Assembly: GCA_038131525.1 (NCBI GenBank)
Contig: JAYPPP010000002.1
Location: 16,913-80,912 of the forward strand
Length of the DNA: 64,000 nucleotides
DNA from: Gammaproteobacteria bacterium
GTDB taxonomy: Bacteria; Pseudomonadota; Gammaproteobacteria; Arenicellales; UBA868
Reading direction: 5' to 3'
The translations under genes were made by a program, and so were the position numbers. The notes under the pieces were generated by a model. The model made no database searches. It had not been told where the DNA came from and saw only the letters and a program-made list of their open reading frames with translations. Shown one piece after another: positions 8,087-17,531 of this stretch. Numbering within the stretch: position 1 is the stretch's first letter; every line of letters begins with the position of its first letter.

Positions 8087-10385
8087 TATCCATACTCAGT
8101 GGCAGGGTCAGTATAAAGCTTGCACCCTCCGGCGAACTGCCTGCCCGCAACGAGCCATTGTGCGCGCGGGTGATGCTCCGACAGATGGAGAGTCCAAGGC
8201 CAAGCCCGGAGTTCTTTGTTGAATAAAAAGGCTCAAATAATTGCTCTAAATCGTCAGTTTGAAAGCCAGGCCCGTTGTCTTTTATCTCCAACTGCACGGC
8301 ATGTGGGTCTACCTGCACGACGAGTCGGATGATGCCTTCCACAGGCACTGCGTCGATCGCGTTTCGCAGCAGGTTAAGGATGACCTGTTCAATCTGGATG
8401 CGGTCAGCGCTTACCCAAATTGGGTGCTCCGGAAGCGCCCAGTTCAGCGTGAGGCGCTTCTGTCGGACTTCAGCGCCACAAAGTCGGGCCACATTCTGTA
8501 TCGATGGCGTCAGGTTAAAAGGGTGCTTTTCGGGAGTCCCGGTCTGGAGCAGGCGACGAAGGTTCTGGATGATGTCGGTCGCGCGACCAATACTGGCAGC
8601 AGCCTGATTAAGCCCCGTTTCAATTTCGCTTGGATCGTTCGGTCTTGCGCGCAGCCGACGTAGGGTGCCATTCACATAATTCAGCGCCTGCGTCAGGGGT
8701 TGATTGATTTCATGAGCAAGCCCAGAGGTCATCTCGCCAAGGGTGCTGACGCGGGTCACGTGGCTGAGTTGTGACTGATGCTCCATGCTCTCTTCTTCGA
8801 TTGCCTGCTGGATAATTTCTGAGCCGATGAACTCGCTGATGAGCCGCATAATTTCACGGTCTTCGTCTTCCAGGCTGCTTTCGACTCCATAGAAAAGGAT
8901 TAATCCACCAGACTCTTCGGCTGTGTTCACAGTTATCCCGAGGATTCGCGCGCCACTTTTAGTTCGGTGGTCGGCCAGATCGGAGGTCTCGTGATTCCAT
9001 CGAAGCGCGACCGATTCAACCTCAGCACGAACTTTCTCCTTCGGGATTGCGCTCTGGGATAGGTCGGCTATCACGGCCTTAAGCGGTGAGCCGTCATAAA
9101 GGAAGCCTGCTTGCGCATCCAGATATGTTCGGCCGAGAACCAGAAGCTGGCGAAGGCTTTCTTGGTGGCCCCTGTCTTTCGCTGTTGAAATATCATAGAG
9201 ATCCTGCAGTGCTTGTCGTGAGCGCTCAAGACGTGCCTCGATTTTTTGTCGCTGCTGAATGTCGTTGCTGAGCGCGAGATTGGCTTTGCTCAATGCCTCT
9301 GTGCGCTCGGCGACGCGCCTCTCCAGCGTGTCGCGATGCTCGGCAATCTGCAGTTGTGACACACGCAGACGTCGATTCACCCGATAGATAAATCCCGTTG
9401 TGACGATCAGCGTCATCATAATAATCAGAGCAAAGATCAGCTCGTTGCGGTAAACCTTGAGCGTGTCCCAGAATGAAAGTGGCCGGATTTCGTAAGGCGT
9501 GATTTGCAGCTCCCGAAGCAGGTCATGCACCCGTTCATAACTGAGCGGGATAGTCCACCCATTGATTCGGGCCCGCACCGCTGCGGCATGGTCAGGGGGT
9601 AAGTTCAGAAGCGCCTGTGCCACTTGTTTTGAGAGCTCACTCGGTGTGCTTCTGAGTGTGGCAAGCGGCCATTCGGGGTAGAGCCGGGTACTGTGGAGTA
9701 GGTCAAACCCCGGCGAGAAATCTCGTGAATTCAGCACCTTCAACTCGGCAACGCCGATGGTTCCGCTCGCGATCAGTTTTTCCAGAACGCCCGTCCGTAC
9801 CGTTCCGGCGTCAATCTCGCCGGAGCGCACGGCCTCAACGATAGCATCTTGCGGAAAGCCAAAGTTCCTGAGCTCGCGGGTGTCGGTGAAAGGGTCCAGG
9901 CCCGCCTGACGAATTTCCCGATAGGCCATTTGGAATCCGCCGAATGCAGCCGTAGATACGATGCCAAGTCGTTTGCCTTTGAGATCAGTGAGATTCTTGA
10001 TGTCTGTACGATCGCGCCGCGTAAAGATGACGGCGCCAAATTCGTCATGTGCGTGGCTGCCGTGATTAATCTGCAGAGTGAGCAGTCGCGACACGCCGAA
10101 AAAGTGTTCCAGCCGAACATACTGGCCCGGATTGGTCAGTACAAAATCGATCTGATTGTTCTCCACTGCAGCACGCAGCGAGACCAGAGTGTGTGGCTGA
10201 ATTGAGAATGTCACGCCCTCGATCTGGTCGGATAAGTAGGTGGCGGTAGCGGTCCATCGATCGAGAGCCTCGGCCGGCCCCTGAAAGGCAAGCACTCCGA
10301 TGGTTCTTGCTTCGTCAGCAAGAGTTTTCCCCGACGAAAGAAGCAAGAGCGCGAGGCTTATTGTGATGGAAAGTAGTTTTGTCAC
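8079..10385 (-). CDS. ttrS: TtrS-like sensor histidine kinase with periplasmic phosphonate-binding-protein-like domain
   Basis: IGVLAFQGPAEALDRW, DFVLTNPGQY, AFGGFQMA, HSTRLYPEWPLA; H-box GEMTSGLAHEINQPL; N/G boxes QVILNLLRNA, GLGLGLSIC. Start placed at the GTG before the signal-like segment. Confidence 0.85.
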   Translation of the reverse strand: MTKLLSITISLALLLLSSGKTLADEARTIGVLAFQGPAEALDRWTATATYLSDQIEGVTFSIQPHTLVSLRAAVENNQIDFVLTNPGQYVRLEHFFGVSRLLTLQINHGSHAHDEFGAVIFTRRDRTDIKNLTDLKGKRLGIVSTAAFGGFQMAYREIRQAGLDPFTDTRELRNFGFPQDAIVEAVRSGEIDAGTVRTGVLEKLIASGTIGVAELKVLNSRDFSPGFDLLHSTRLYPEWPLATLRSTPSELSKQVAQALLNLPPDHAAAVRARINGWTIPLSYERVHDLLRELQITPYEIRPLSFWDTLKVYRNELIFALIIMMTLIVTTGFIYRVNRRLRVSQLQIAEHRDTLERRVAERTEALSKANLALSNDIQQRQKIEARLERSRQALQDLYDISTAKDRGHQESLRQLLVLGRTYLDAQAGFLYDGSPLKAVIADLSQSAIPKEKVRAEVESVALRWNHETSDLADHRTKSGARILGITVNTAEESGGLILFYGVESSLEDEDREIMRLISEFIGSEIIQQAIEEESMEHQSQLSHVTRVSTLGEMTSGLAHEINQPLTQALNYVNGTLRRLRARPNDPSEIETGLNQAAASIGRATDIIQNLRRLLQTGTPEKHPFNLTPSIQNVARLCGAEVRQKRLTLNWALPEHPIWVSADRIQIEQVILNLLRNAIDAVPVEGIIRLVVQVDPHAVQLEIKDNGPGFQTDDLEQLFEPFYSTKNSGLGLGLSICRSITRAHNGSLRAGSSPEGASFILTLPLSMDNV

Positions 10386-10500
10386 CGAAGGTTTGCGCGC
10401 GTCAGCTCTTCCTCTATGCTTGAGGGCTACAGTTAAACATACCACCGACGGACTGCCGTCCCACAGGTTATCCGCCGTAGACGATTTTGCAGGAGCCCCG

Positions 10501-11919
10501 ATGGCTGACGAACTTTGGAAACTGAGCGCTTGTGATGCCGCAGCCGGTATTCAGGCGAAGCGCTTTTCGGCAGAGGCTCTGGTTGCCTCAGTAACGGAGC
10601 GGATGCAGAGCCTGAATCCAACACTTAACGCCATTATTCACGATCTTACCGGAGAGGCTTTGAATGATGCGCGGGCGGCCGATCAGCAACTCGCGTCGGG
10701 CAAGCCCGTCGGACCGCTGCACGGTATACCCGTGACCATTAAGTCGAACATCGATGTGAAAGGTCAGCCCACCCCAAATGGTTTGCCCGCCTTCGCCGAT
10801 CTCATAGCGCCAGATGACTCACCGGTCGTTGCTAATCTGCGAAAGGCGGGTGCGATCATTGTGGGGCGAACGAATACACCCGAGTTATCCATGCGCTTAA
10901 CAACCGATAACCCGCTTCACGGTCGAACGCTAAACCCGTGGGACGAAACAGCTTCTCCCGGGGGATCCTCGGGCGGCGCTTCCTCTGCTGCGGCTGCCGG
11001 TTTCGGTCCCATTCATCATGGTAATGACATCGGTGGGTCCCTTCGGTGTCCGTCTTTTAACTGTGGGCTGTCGACGGTGAAGCCGACTTTTGGGCGGGTG
11101 CCGGCGTATCTGCCGTCGGCACAGGAGGAGCGGGGCCTGCTGGCGCAGCTTATCTCGGTCCAGGGACCCATCTGCCGAGAAGTCAGAGATGTACGCGTGG
11201 CACTGAGAGCTATGGCAGGCGGGGATCCCCGAGATCCTTTTTGGATGCCCGTGCCGTTTGAGGGATGGCCGACGGAGGACGGACCCGTCCGGGTGGGTGT
11301 CACGACCGAATCATACGGGCATCCGATTCATCCGGATATTGCTGCCTCAATTGATCAGGCGGCCGGTTATCTTTCAGATGCAGGATATGCGGTTGAGTCA
11401 GTCGATACGCCCTCTGTCGATGACGCAGCGAGAGACTGGTTTCGGTTTTTAGGCGCAGAGCTCGAGGCATTCCTGATGCCTTTGGCGAGAGCGCACGGAA
11501 GCGAAACCATTCAGCAGATCTTCGATTGGTACTTTGAGATGGGTCAGACCGCAAACCCTGTGGAGTATCAGGTCGGCATAAAGGCACGATCCGCAATGAC
11601 CCGCCGATGGAACGCGTTTTTGGATAAAACGCCGCTCGTCCTTACGCCTTACTTTCTGCAGCCCACTCCAGACTGGGACTGTGATCAACGGAGTCTCGCG
11701 GGCACCCGGGCGCTCTTTGATTCAGCGATCTACAGCACGGGCATTAACTGGCTTAGTTTGCCTGCGGGCGTGACGCCCATCGGCATGGTGGCCGAGCGTC
11801 CTGCGGGTGTGCAGATTATCGGGCGGCGCTACCGCGAGGATATGATTCTTGACGCGATGGAGGCTATCGAGTCCCGCGTAGGCGTCCTCACCCACAACCT
11901 CTGGGCGCGAGAAGACTAG
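10501..11919 (+). CDS. Amidase signature family protein
   Basis: GPLHGIPVTIKSNID, SPGGSSGGASSAAAAG, GNDIGGSLRCPS; RBS AGGAG before ATG 10501. Confidence 0.92.
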   Translation: MADELWKLSACDAAAGIQAKRFSAEALVASVTERMQSLNPTLNAIIHDLTGEALNDARAADQQLASGKPVGPLHGIPVTIKSNIDVKGQPTPNGLPAFADLIAPDDSPVVANLRKAGAIIVGRTNTPELSMRLTTDNPLHGRTLNPWDETASPGGSSGGASSAAAAGFGPIHHGNDIGGSLRCPSFNCGLSTVKPTFGRVPAYLPSAQEERGLLAQLISVQGPICREVRDVRVALRAMAGGDPRDPFWMPVPFEGWPTEDGPVRVGVTTESYGHPIHPDIAASIDQAAGYLSDAGYAVESVDTPSVDDAARDWFRFLGAELEAFLMPLARAHGSETIQQIFDWYFEMGQTANPVEYQVGIKARSAMTRRWNAFLDKTPLVLTPYFLQPTPDWDCDQRSLAGTRALFDSAIYSTGINWLSLPAGVTPIGMVAERPAGVQIIGRRYREDMILDAMEAIESRVGVLTHNLWARED

Positions 11920-11947
11920 CGAATTTTTTAAGCTTTAACTCGAGCGA

Positions 11948-12346
11948 TCAGGAGGCGGCCTGTTCGAGACGATGGGTTTCGAAGGTTGCCGGAGAGGTAA
12001 ATTCGATCAGCTCGAGATCATCCGAACAGGCGATCTCGTCGTGCACGATACCGGCCGGTTGCAGACAACTGTCGCCTGCCTGAAACGTAAACTCGCCCTC
12101 GCCCTCATAGGTAAAGCGAATCCATCCTTTTAGGATGTAGATCATCTGAAAGTTCAGATCATGCACGTGAGGTCCTGTATGCGGGAACTCGGTGACGGGC
12201 TGCTTTACTCGGATGACATGGGCGTTGTACTCGCCGTTGGTGGCGGCGCTGATCCCGAGATCCCGATACTCAAAGAACTTTCGAAGGCCTTGGGTCCATT
12301 TGGCGTCCTCAGCTCGGGATGCGCAGAATTTCTGTGATGTTTTCAT
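11948..12346 (-). CDS. Cupin domain protein
   Basis: HVHDLNFQMIYILKGW...QPAGIVHDE metal-binding cupin motifs. Confidence 0.85.
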   Translation of the reverse strand: MKTSQKFCASRAEDAKWTQGLRKFFEYRDLGISAATNGEYNAHVIRVKQPVTEFPHTGPHVHDLNFQMIYILKGWIRFTYEGEGEFTFQAGDSCLQPAGIVHDEIACSDDLELIEFTSPATFETHRLEQAAS

Positions 12347-12483
12347 GGTTTTCCTCTAAAAAGGTGCTGCCGAACAGCATACCTACAAAGACCATCTTGG
12401 TCGAATCGAACGGTAAAGGCACCCATCAAGGGTGGGGTTTTCGCAGCCCTTGAAACGCCGCAAGATGCCCGCATTTAGCAGAT

Positions 12484-12711
12484 ATGGAAAAAAGCGTAGA
12501 ACCAAGGTCTGAAAGTCAGATGCCCGTGCCCGTCGTACAGTCCATGCTGGTCCGCGACGCGGTAATGACCGCGTATTCGCTGACGGGAAGTCTTTCCGCA
12601 GCGACGGCGCTGTGCTCAAGCCTGGTCGACGAGGACTTGCCGGAAAGCCATCAGGCCGCTGGCGTACTCGCGCGATTGCATCAGATCGCCATGACCCGGC
12701 CGAAGCATTAA
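12484..12711 (+). CDS. Small hypothetical protein
   Basis: 75-aa ATG ORF filling the gap between minus-strand genes, with protein-like composition. Confidence 0.55.
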   Translation: MEKSVEPRSESQMPVPVVQSMLVRDAVMTAYSLTGSLSAATALCSSLVDEDLPESHQAAGVLARLHQIAMTRPKH

Positions 12712-12714
12712 GCG

Positions 12715-13068
12715 CTATCGGATCATATAAACCTTTTTGACCGTCTTGATAACGCGGCAGCGGCCCGTCCAGCCGGCTGGAAAGAATGCAATGGTATCTG
12801 GCCCGATTTCGGTGACCTCGCCGGTCTGCGCCTCGTAAACTGCTTCTCCCTCAAGGAAGTGGCAGAACTCGTCACGGGTGACCTCACAAGCCCATACGCC
12901 CGGCGTGCATTCCCAAAACCCGCACTCCGAAGCTCCGTCCGGCCCCTTATGCAATAGCGCGCCACGCGTTTGCGAGCGGCCCTCAATCATCGTCGCAGGT
13001 GACCCCCAATCCACCAGCGTGGTGTGTTCAAGGGGTTTTTGGAGCGTTGCAATGGGTTTCATATCCAT
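12715..13068 (-). CDS. Cupin domain protein (DUF861/EutQ-like)
   Basis: ECGFWECTPG, DEFCHFLEG, FFPAGWTGRC...VKKVY. Confidence 0.85.
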   Translation of the reverse strand: MDMKPIATLQKPLEHTTLVDWGSPATMIEGRSQTRGALLHKGPDGASECGFWECTPGVWACEVTRDEFCHFLEGEAVYEAQTGEVTEIGPDTIAFFPAGWTGRCRVIKTVKKVYMIR

Positions 13069-13073
13069 AGTTT

Positions 13074-13376
13074 TTAAAGATGATAATCGCGCACGACGCT
13101 GGCTACGCGAATGCGGTAGTCGCGAAACATGCCACGGTCTTTCGATTCGTCCTGCGCTTGCCGGTGTTCGGCGAATTCGCGCCATGCTTTAACCGCGTCG
13201 AGATCTCGCCAGGTGGATACCGACACAAAACGTCCTGACTGATTAACGCTTTCGAATCGCTCTACGCTGATGAAGCCGTCAATTTGCTCGACCTCGGAAC
13301 GCAGTGCCCCGGCAAGTTCAAAATACCGGTCGACATACTCGGGCATAGGCTCGAACTCAAAAACGACAATGACCAT
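13074..13376 (-). CDS. Antibiotic biosynthesis monooxygenase (ABM) family protein
   Basis: IDGFISVERFES, WRDLDAVKAWREFAEHRQAQ, FRDYRIRVASVVRDY. Confidence 0.88.
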   Translation of the reverse strand: MVIVVFEFEPMPEYVDRYFELAGALRSEVEQIDGFISVERFESVNQSGRFVSVSTWRDLDAVKAWREFAEHRQAQDESKDRGMFRDYRIRVASVVRDYHL

Positions 13377-13402
13377 AAAACACGCTCGCCGGTTACCCGG
13401 TT

Positions 13403-13693
13403 GTGAGGGAAACGCCTGTGATATCGTGTGAGAATTCTAACCTTACCGGATTACACGTATTGGTTCGGCGTCCCCGCAGCACTAACGTTCTAAGACCTGT
13501 TTATCGCCTGGGGTGGCTGGTGATCTGGAGTAGCTGGCTGGCAACGGTGATCTTTGGTGTGCCGGCGTGGATGCCGCACGATGACGTTGTCGGCTGGGCT
13601 TTTGTATCGATGGGGTTGACCCTCATGGCGTATGCCCTGCACAGGTATTGGGATTGGCTGGTTGTTGGACGGCCGTTAACCTTTAGGAGATAA
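13403..13693 (+). CDS. Small hypothetical membrane protein
   Basis: Two hydrophobic Trp-rich segments; ends with AGGAG RBS for the next gene; start uncertain. Confidence 0.55.
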   Translation: MRETPVISCENSNLTGLHVLVRRPRSTNVLRPVYRLGWLVIWSSWLATVIFGVPAWMPHDDVVGWAFVSMGLTLMAYALHRYWDWLVVGRPLTFRR

Positions 13694-13696
13694 CGA

Positions 13697-14095
13697 TTGA
13701 GCAAGCTGCCGATTTTTCATAATTTCGACAAGGCACCCACGCACGTGGCCCCATTCAGCCACGCTGCCGAGTCAAACGGTTGGATCCAACTCACGGGACA
13801 GATGCCGACCGATCCGGATGATGATTCAGCGCCGCTTCCGGCGGGTATCGTGGCGCAGACACGTCGCGTGATGGATAACCTCATTATTGTGTTGACGGAA
13901 ATGGGGCTTGGCCTCGAGAACGTATTTTCCTGCCGCGTGTATCTGACGCATTTTGAGCGGGATTACGAGCAAATGAACCGGACCTATCGGGAGTATTTCG
14001 CGCCGGGTCGTTTGCCGGCGAGAACCTGCATCGGTGTGACCGGGCTCGCTCGAGGCGCGTTGGTTGAGATTGATATGGTGGCAATTCGAGACTGA
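13697..14095 (+). CDS. RidA/YjgF family protein
   Basis: APFSHA, LTGQMP, RLPARTCIGVTGLARGALVEID. Confidence 0.9.
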   Translation: MSKLPIFHNFDKAPTHVAPFSHAAESNGWIQLTGQMPTDPDDDSAPLPAGIVAQTRRVMDNLIIVLTEMGLGLENVFSCRVYLTHFERDYEQMNRTYREYFAPGRLPARTCIGVTGLARGALVEIDMVAIRD

Positions 14096-14103
14096 CAAAG
14101 ACC

Positions 14104-15980
14104 ATGTCGCGCCGCTCGGTTTTTCCTCATGTCTGGCGTGGGCTGCTGAGTTGGACGCTTGCGGTCAGTATGATCTCGAGCGGGGTTCTTTCAACGGCAG
14201 GGGCGAGCTCATCCGCAACCGATCGCGACCGAGCCCGGCAATTGGTGGCATGGGCTTGTCAGGATCTTGATGAGATCCCGTTCGATGAAAAATTAGCCGA
14301 TGCTGCCAGCGATCCTCGTCAGATGCTATCGCGCGGGGAGATGATCTTTGGTTGGCGGCAGCGCTTCAACTTCCAAGATGGTGATACGGCGTCCGTCGAG
14401 CGCATCGCGCCTCAAGGACAACTGCGACGCATCAGCGTCGAGTTTTCTGATGCGAAGGCGCGACCAAAGCTACTGATCCTGGCTGATGGCGCCTGTGATA
14501 TTCGCCAGGTGCGCGGTATTCGATACGACGGGTCCCAGGCATCGGCCCTGCAAATATTCGATCCGAAGTGGAATCTCGTCGAGCCGGAGATTCCCATGAA
14601 TCCAGAACCGCCAAAGGGAATCGATCCGGTTGGTGTAGCCGTTGCCGTGATTGACTCCGGCGTAAATTATCTTTTGCCGCCAATCGCTGAAAAGCTCGCC
14701 CGCGATAACGATGGGCGCCTCGTGGGCTTTGATTTTTGGGATATGGACGAACGGCCGTTTGATTCTCATCCCAGCCGGTCGATATTTTTTCCGCAGCGTC
14801 ACGGCACGCGGGTAGCCGGGATTATCGCGCGGGAAGCGCATCAGATTCGTCTGATACCTTACCGCTATCCGCGCCCGAATATGGAACGTATGAGTGATCT
14901 GGTAACGGCAGCGGCAGAGTCCGGCGCTCAGATCATCAATATGTCTTTGGGCAGTTCTGATGAGCGCGATTGGATGGCCTTTGAGGAGGCAGCACTTAAA
15001 CATCCGGAACTTCTGTTTATTGTGTCTGCCGGTAACGACGGGCGTGACATCGATCAGGAGCCGGTTTTCCCGGCAGTTCTGCCGCTTGAGAATATGATCG
15101 TGGTGACCTCTGTAGCGCCTGATGGGTTCCCCGCGCAGGGTTCAAATTGGGGGCAGGAAAGCGTTGATCTGCTGGTTCCCGGAGAACACATCGCCACGGT
15201 CGATTTCTATGGCAAGCCGAGAGATGTCTCGGGATCCAGTTATGCGGTAGCGCGAATCACTGCACTGGCCGCCCGCATTCTCGCAGAACAGCCCGGTTTG
15301 GATGCAAAGGCTCTGCGGGAGCAGATTTTTGCCCTGGCAGATCCTGAACCCGGAAATTTTGTAAAAGTCGGTTGGATACGCGAACCTTCCGATCTTGCGC
15401 GAGCCGCAGACGTGCAATCAATTCAGATTGCGGCTGAGTCATTCAGCAGTGGCCCGGTCGACCAGGAACTTCGTTTTCGCCTGACGCTGGTGATGATTGA
15501 GGAGACGGGCTGGACCACGGCCCGGGTCGAGGCGCTTTGAGTGAGGCGGCAAAGATCATCGGGCAGTGCGGATTGCTCTGCAGGTCAGCGACTTTCTTCG
15601 CTTGAGCGCCAACGAAACTCTGCGTGACTTTTCGCGCCTAATGCTGTTCGTCTCGCCGAGGCCGTGTCGGATCGTGGAGCGCGAGTATTTTTGTGAAAGA
15701 CACCCTGGATCGACCGGCATTCGACGCCGTGACTTTTGGCACATCAAACAGTCGTGCCAATCCGGTGTTGCGTTTTACCGTATGGCTAACGGAGATGAGC
15801 GCAGACCCGCACATTGCGCTTGCTCATGAACTGGTCCATGTACTTTTGGACGATGGGACCCATGTTTTTAGTCCGGATAATCTGATGAGAGCGGATACAT
15901 CTGGTGATAACACGACGCTGACGCCCGAGCAGTGCCTTCTTATGCGCAAGCGCGCCCGGGACAATGAGCTAGTTAAATAA
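14104..15980 (+). CDS. Secreted S8 subtilase with C-terminal metzincin-like domain (frameshifts near 15.54-15.69 kb)
   Basis: Signal peptide; triad motifs VAVIDSG, RHGTRVAG, VSGSSYA and SAGN; downstream frame has ALAHELVHVLLDDGTHVFSPDNLM. Confidence 0.75.
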
Positions 15981-16014
15981 GGCTCTCACGTCACATGTAT
16001 GTCCGCGTGATATT

Positions 16015-16028
16015 TTGATGTCGATCAA
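16015..16028. promoter_or_regulatory. FNR/FixK/DNR-type box
   Basis: Exact TTGAT-GTCG-ATCAA about 50 bp upstream of the cytochrome b gene. Confidence 0.7.
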
Positions 16029-16079
16029 CTGACACTCATCATAAACTGTTAAGGTTTGAGCGCTATCGTTACTCTTGTG

Positions 16080-16781
16080 ATGAACGTCGTCCGATCAAAA
16101 CAGCGTTTACGCCATAAAAACCGACAGAAGGGCACCCTTGTCTGGGATTTAGGCGTACGCGTTTTTCATTGGGTACTCGTTGTACTTCTCATGGCGCTTT
16201 GGGCGACGGCGGAATCGGAAGGCGACTGGATGGGCGTACATCGCTGGTTGGGCACAGCGGTACTTGCGCTGGTCTTGGCGCGCCTAATTTGGGGATTTAT
16301 CGGTAGCGAAACGGCGCGCTTTGCAAAGTTCCTGAAAGGTCCCCGCGCGGTGATCGGGTATTTCCGTCAGTGGCGCGGGCAAGGGGATGAATCCTTGCAC
16401 GCAGGTCACAACCCGGCCGGCGGCTGGTCGGTGGTCCTTCTGTTGGCCTTACTTCTGCTTCAGGCTGTTACGGGCCTTTTTTCAAACGATGACATTTTTT
16501 TTGAGGGCCCATTAAGCTCGCTTGTCAGTAAAGCGCTGAGCGACCGCTTGACGGGGATCCACCATCTGCTGTTCAACGCTCTATTGGCAGCGGTCGTTCT
16601 TCATGTTGTGGCGGTGGCCGCTTACTGGATTTTTAAGAGAAATAACCTGATTCTCCCAATGATCCTTGGTCGCAAGCGATTACCGGCCGAGATGGCGGCG
16701 CCTCAACTTCGGTCGCCGTGGTTGGCGTTGGTTATCTTGGTTGTGGTGGGGACTCTTTTGGTGTGGGGCATCGGCACCTGA
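16080..16781 (+). CDS. Cytochrome b (Ni_hydr_CYTB-type) membrane protein
   Basis: VWDLGVRVFHW, HRWLG, RLIWGFIGSETARF, GHNPAGG, LHVVAV; convergent with cytochrome c'. Confidence 0.9.
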   Translation: MNVVRSKQRLRHKNRQKGTLVWDLGVRVFHWVLVVLLMALWATAESEGDWMGVHRWLGTAVLALVLARLIWGFIGSETARFAKFLKGPRAVIGYFRQWRGQGDESLHAGHNPAGGWSVVLLLALLLLQAVTGLFSNDDIFFEGPLSSLVSKALSDRLTGIHHLLFNALLAAVVLHVVAVAAYWIFKRNNLILPMILGRKRLPAEMAAPQLRSPWLALVILVVVGTLLVWGIGT

Positions 16782-16790
16782 TCGCGTCAC

Positions 16791-16995
16791 AAAAAGGGCT
16801 GCGAGGTACTGAGCTTTAGAAAACCCACATCCGGGAGATCAGTCGGAGGGGCGTCCTCCGCCTCCCCCGCCGGCAAAGGCCCAGTCAGCCGGGTGTGGCA
16901 CGTCATTGCAGTACACCGCGTCATTCGATGACGGCGGTGAATGGTGCACACACCCGATGAGTGAAGAGTAGGCGATAAATACAAGGAGCCGCGCG
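16791..16995 (-). ncRNA. Candidate structured non-coding RNA, family unidentified
   Basis: 67-nt multi-stem hairpin at 16890-16956, nested hairpin at 16831-16873, and a terminal stem with T-tract on the minus strand; no credible ORF. Strand inferred from the T-tract. Confidence 0.6.
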
Positions 16996-17020
16996 ATCGA
17001 TTTGCCGCTCGGCGTACGGC

Positions 17021-17479
17021 TTACATCTTCTCGCGGTATTTCTTATGACAGCTTTTGCAGGTGCCGGCAGTTTTGATGAACTGATCCTTGATTGCGTCTT
17101 TATCTCCACCCGAGGCGGTTTGTGCAAGAGCTGCTGATTCCGTCACAAGCGCCTGCATTTTTTCTGAGAAATCGTCCCAGTTTTCCCAGATCTCGCTCTT
17201 CGCATGGGTGTCCCCCATGTCGCTGTCGGCAATAAATCCGTTGATAGGCAGGGGGGCAAGAGCCGCTACCGCCGAAGCATGTTTCTGAAATAGCGCAAGA
17301 TCCCACTCCGATTTGCCCTGAACCATTGCGCCCATGGGTTTGAAATGCCACGCCATCATTCGAAAACCCGATTGGCGGTAACTAATGGCCTTCTCAATCG
17401 AATCGCCCTGGCTGTGAGCACTGGACTGAAGTCCCACGCCCATCAGAATAGCTGCGATAAAAATGCTTAAATACTTCAC
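17021..17479 (-). CDS. Cytochrome c' (class II c-type cytochrome)
   Basis: Signal peptide, AISYRQS, AKSEIWENWDDF, C-terminal heme motif CKSCHKKYR. Confidence 0.93.
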   Translation of the reverse strand: MKYLSIFIAAILMGVGLQSSAHSQGDSIEKAISYRQSGFRMMAWHFKPMGAMVQGKSEWDLALFQKHASAVAALAPLPINGFIADSDMGDTHAKSEIWENWDDFSEKMQALVTESAALAQTASGGDKDAIKDQFIKTAGTCKSCHKKYREKM

Positions 17480-17531
17480 GGCTGACTCCTTTCATGTGTG
17501 GCCGCTTAGGATTTTACTGTATTGCCAAAAT

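Noticed and set aside
16080-16781. Hydrogenase operon
   Set aside because: Only the cytochrome b family gene is present; no hydrogenase subunits or maturation genes.
16787-16984. 65-aa ORF on the minus strand
   Set aside because: No RBS, atypical composition; the region is better explained by RNA base-pairing.
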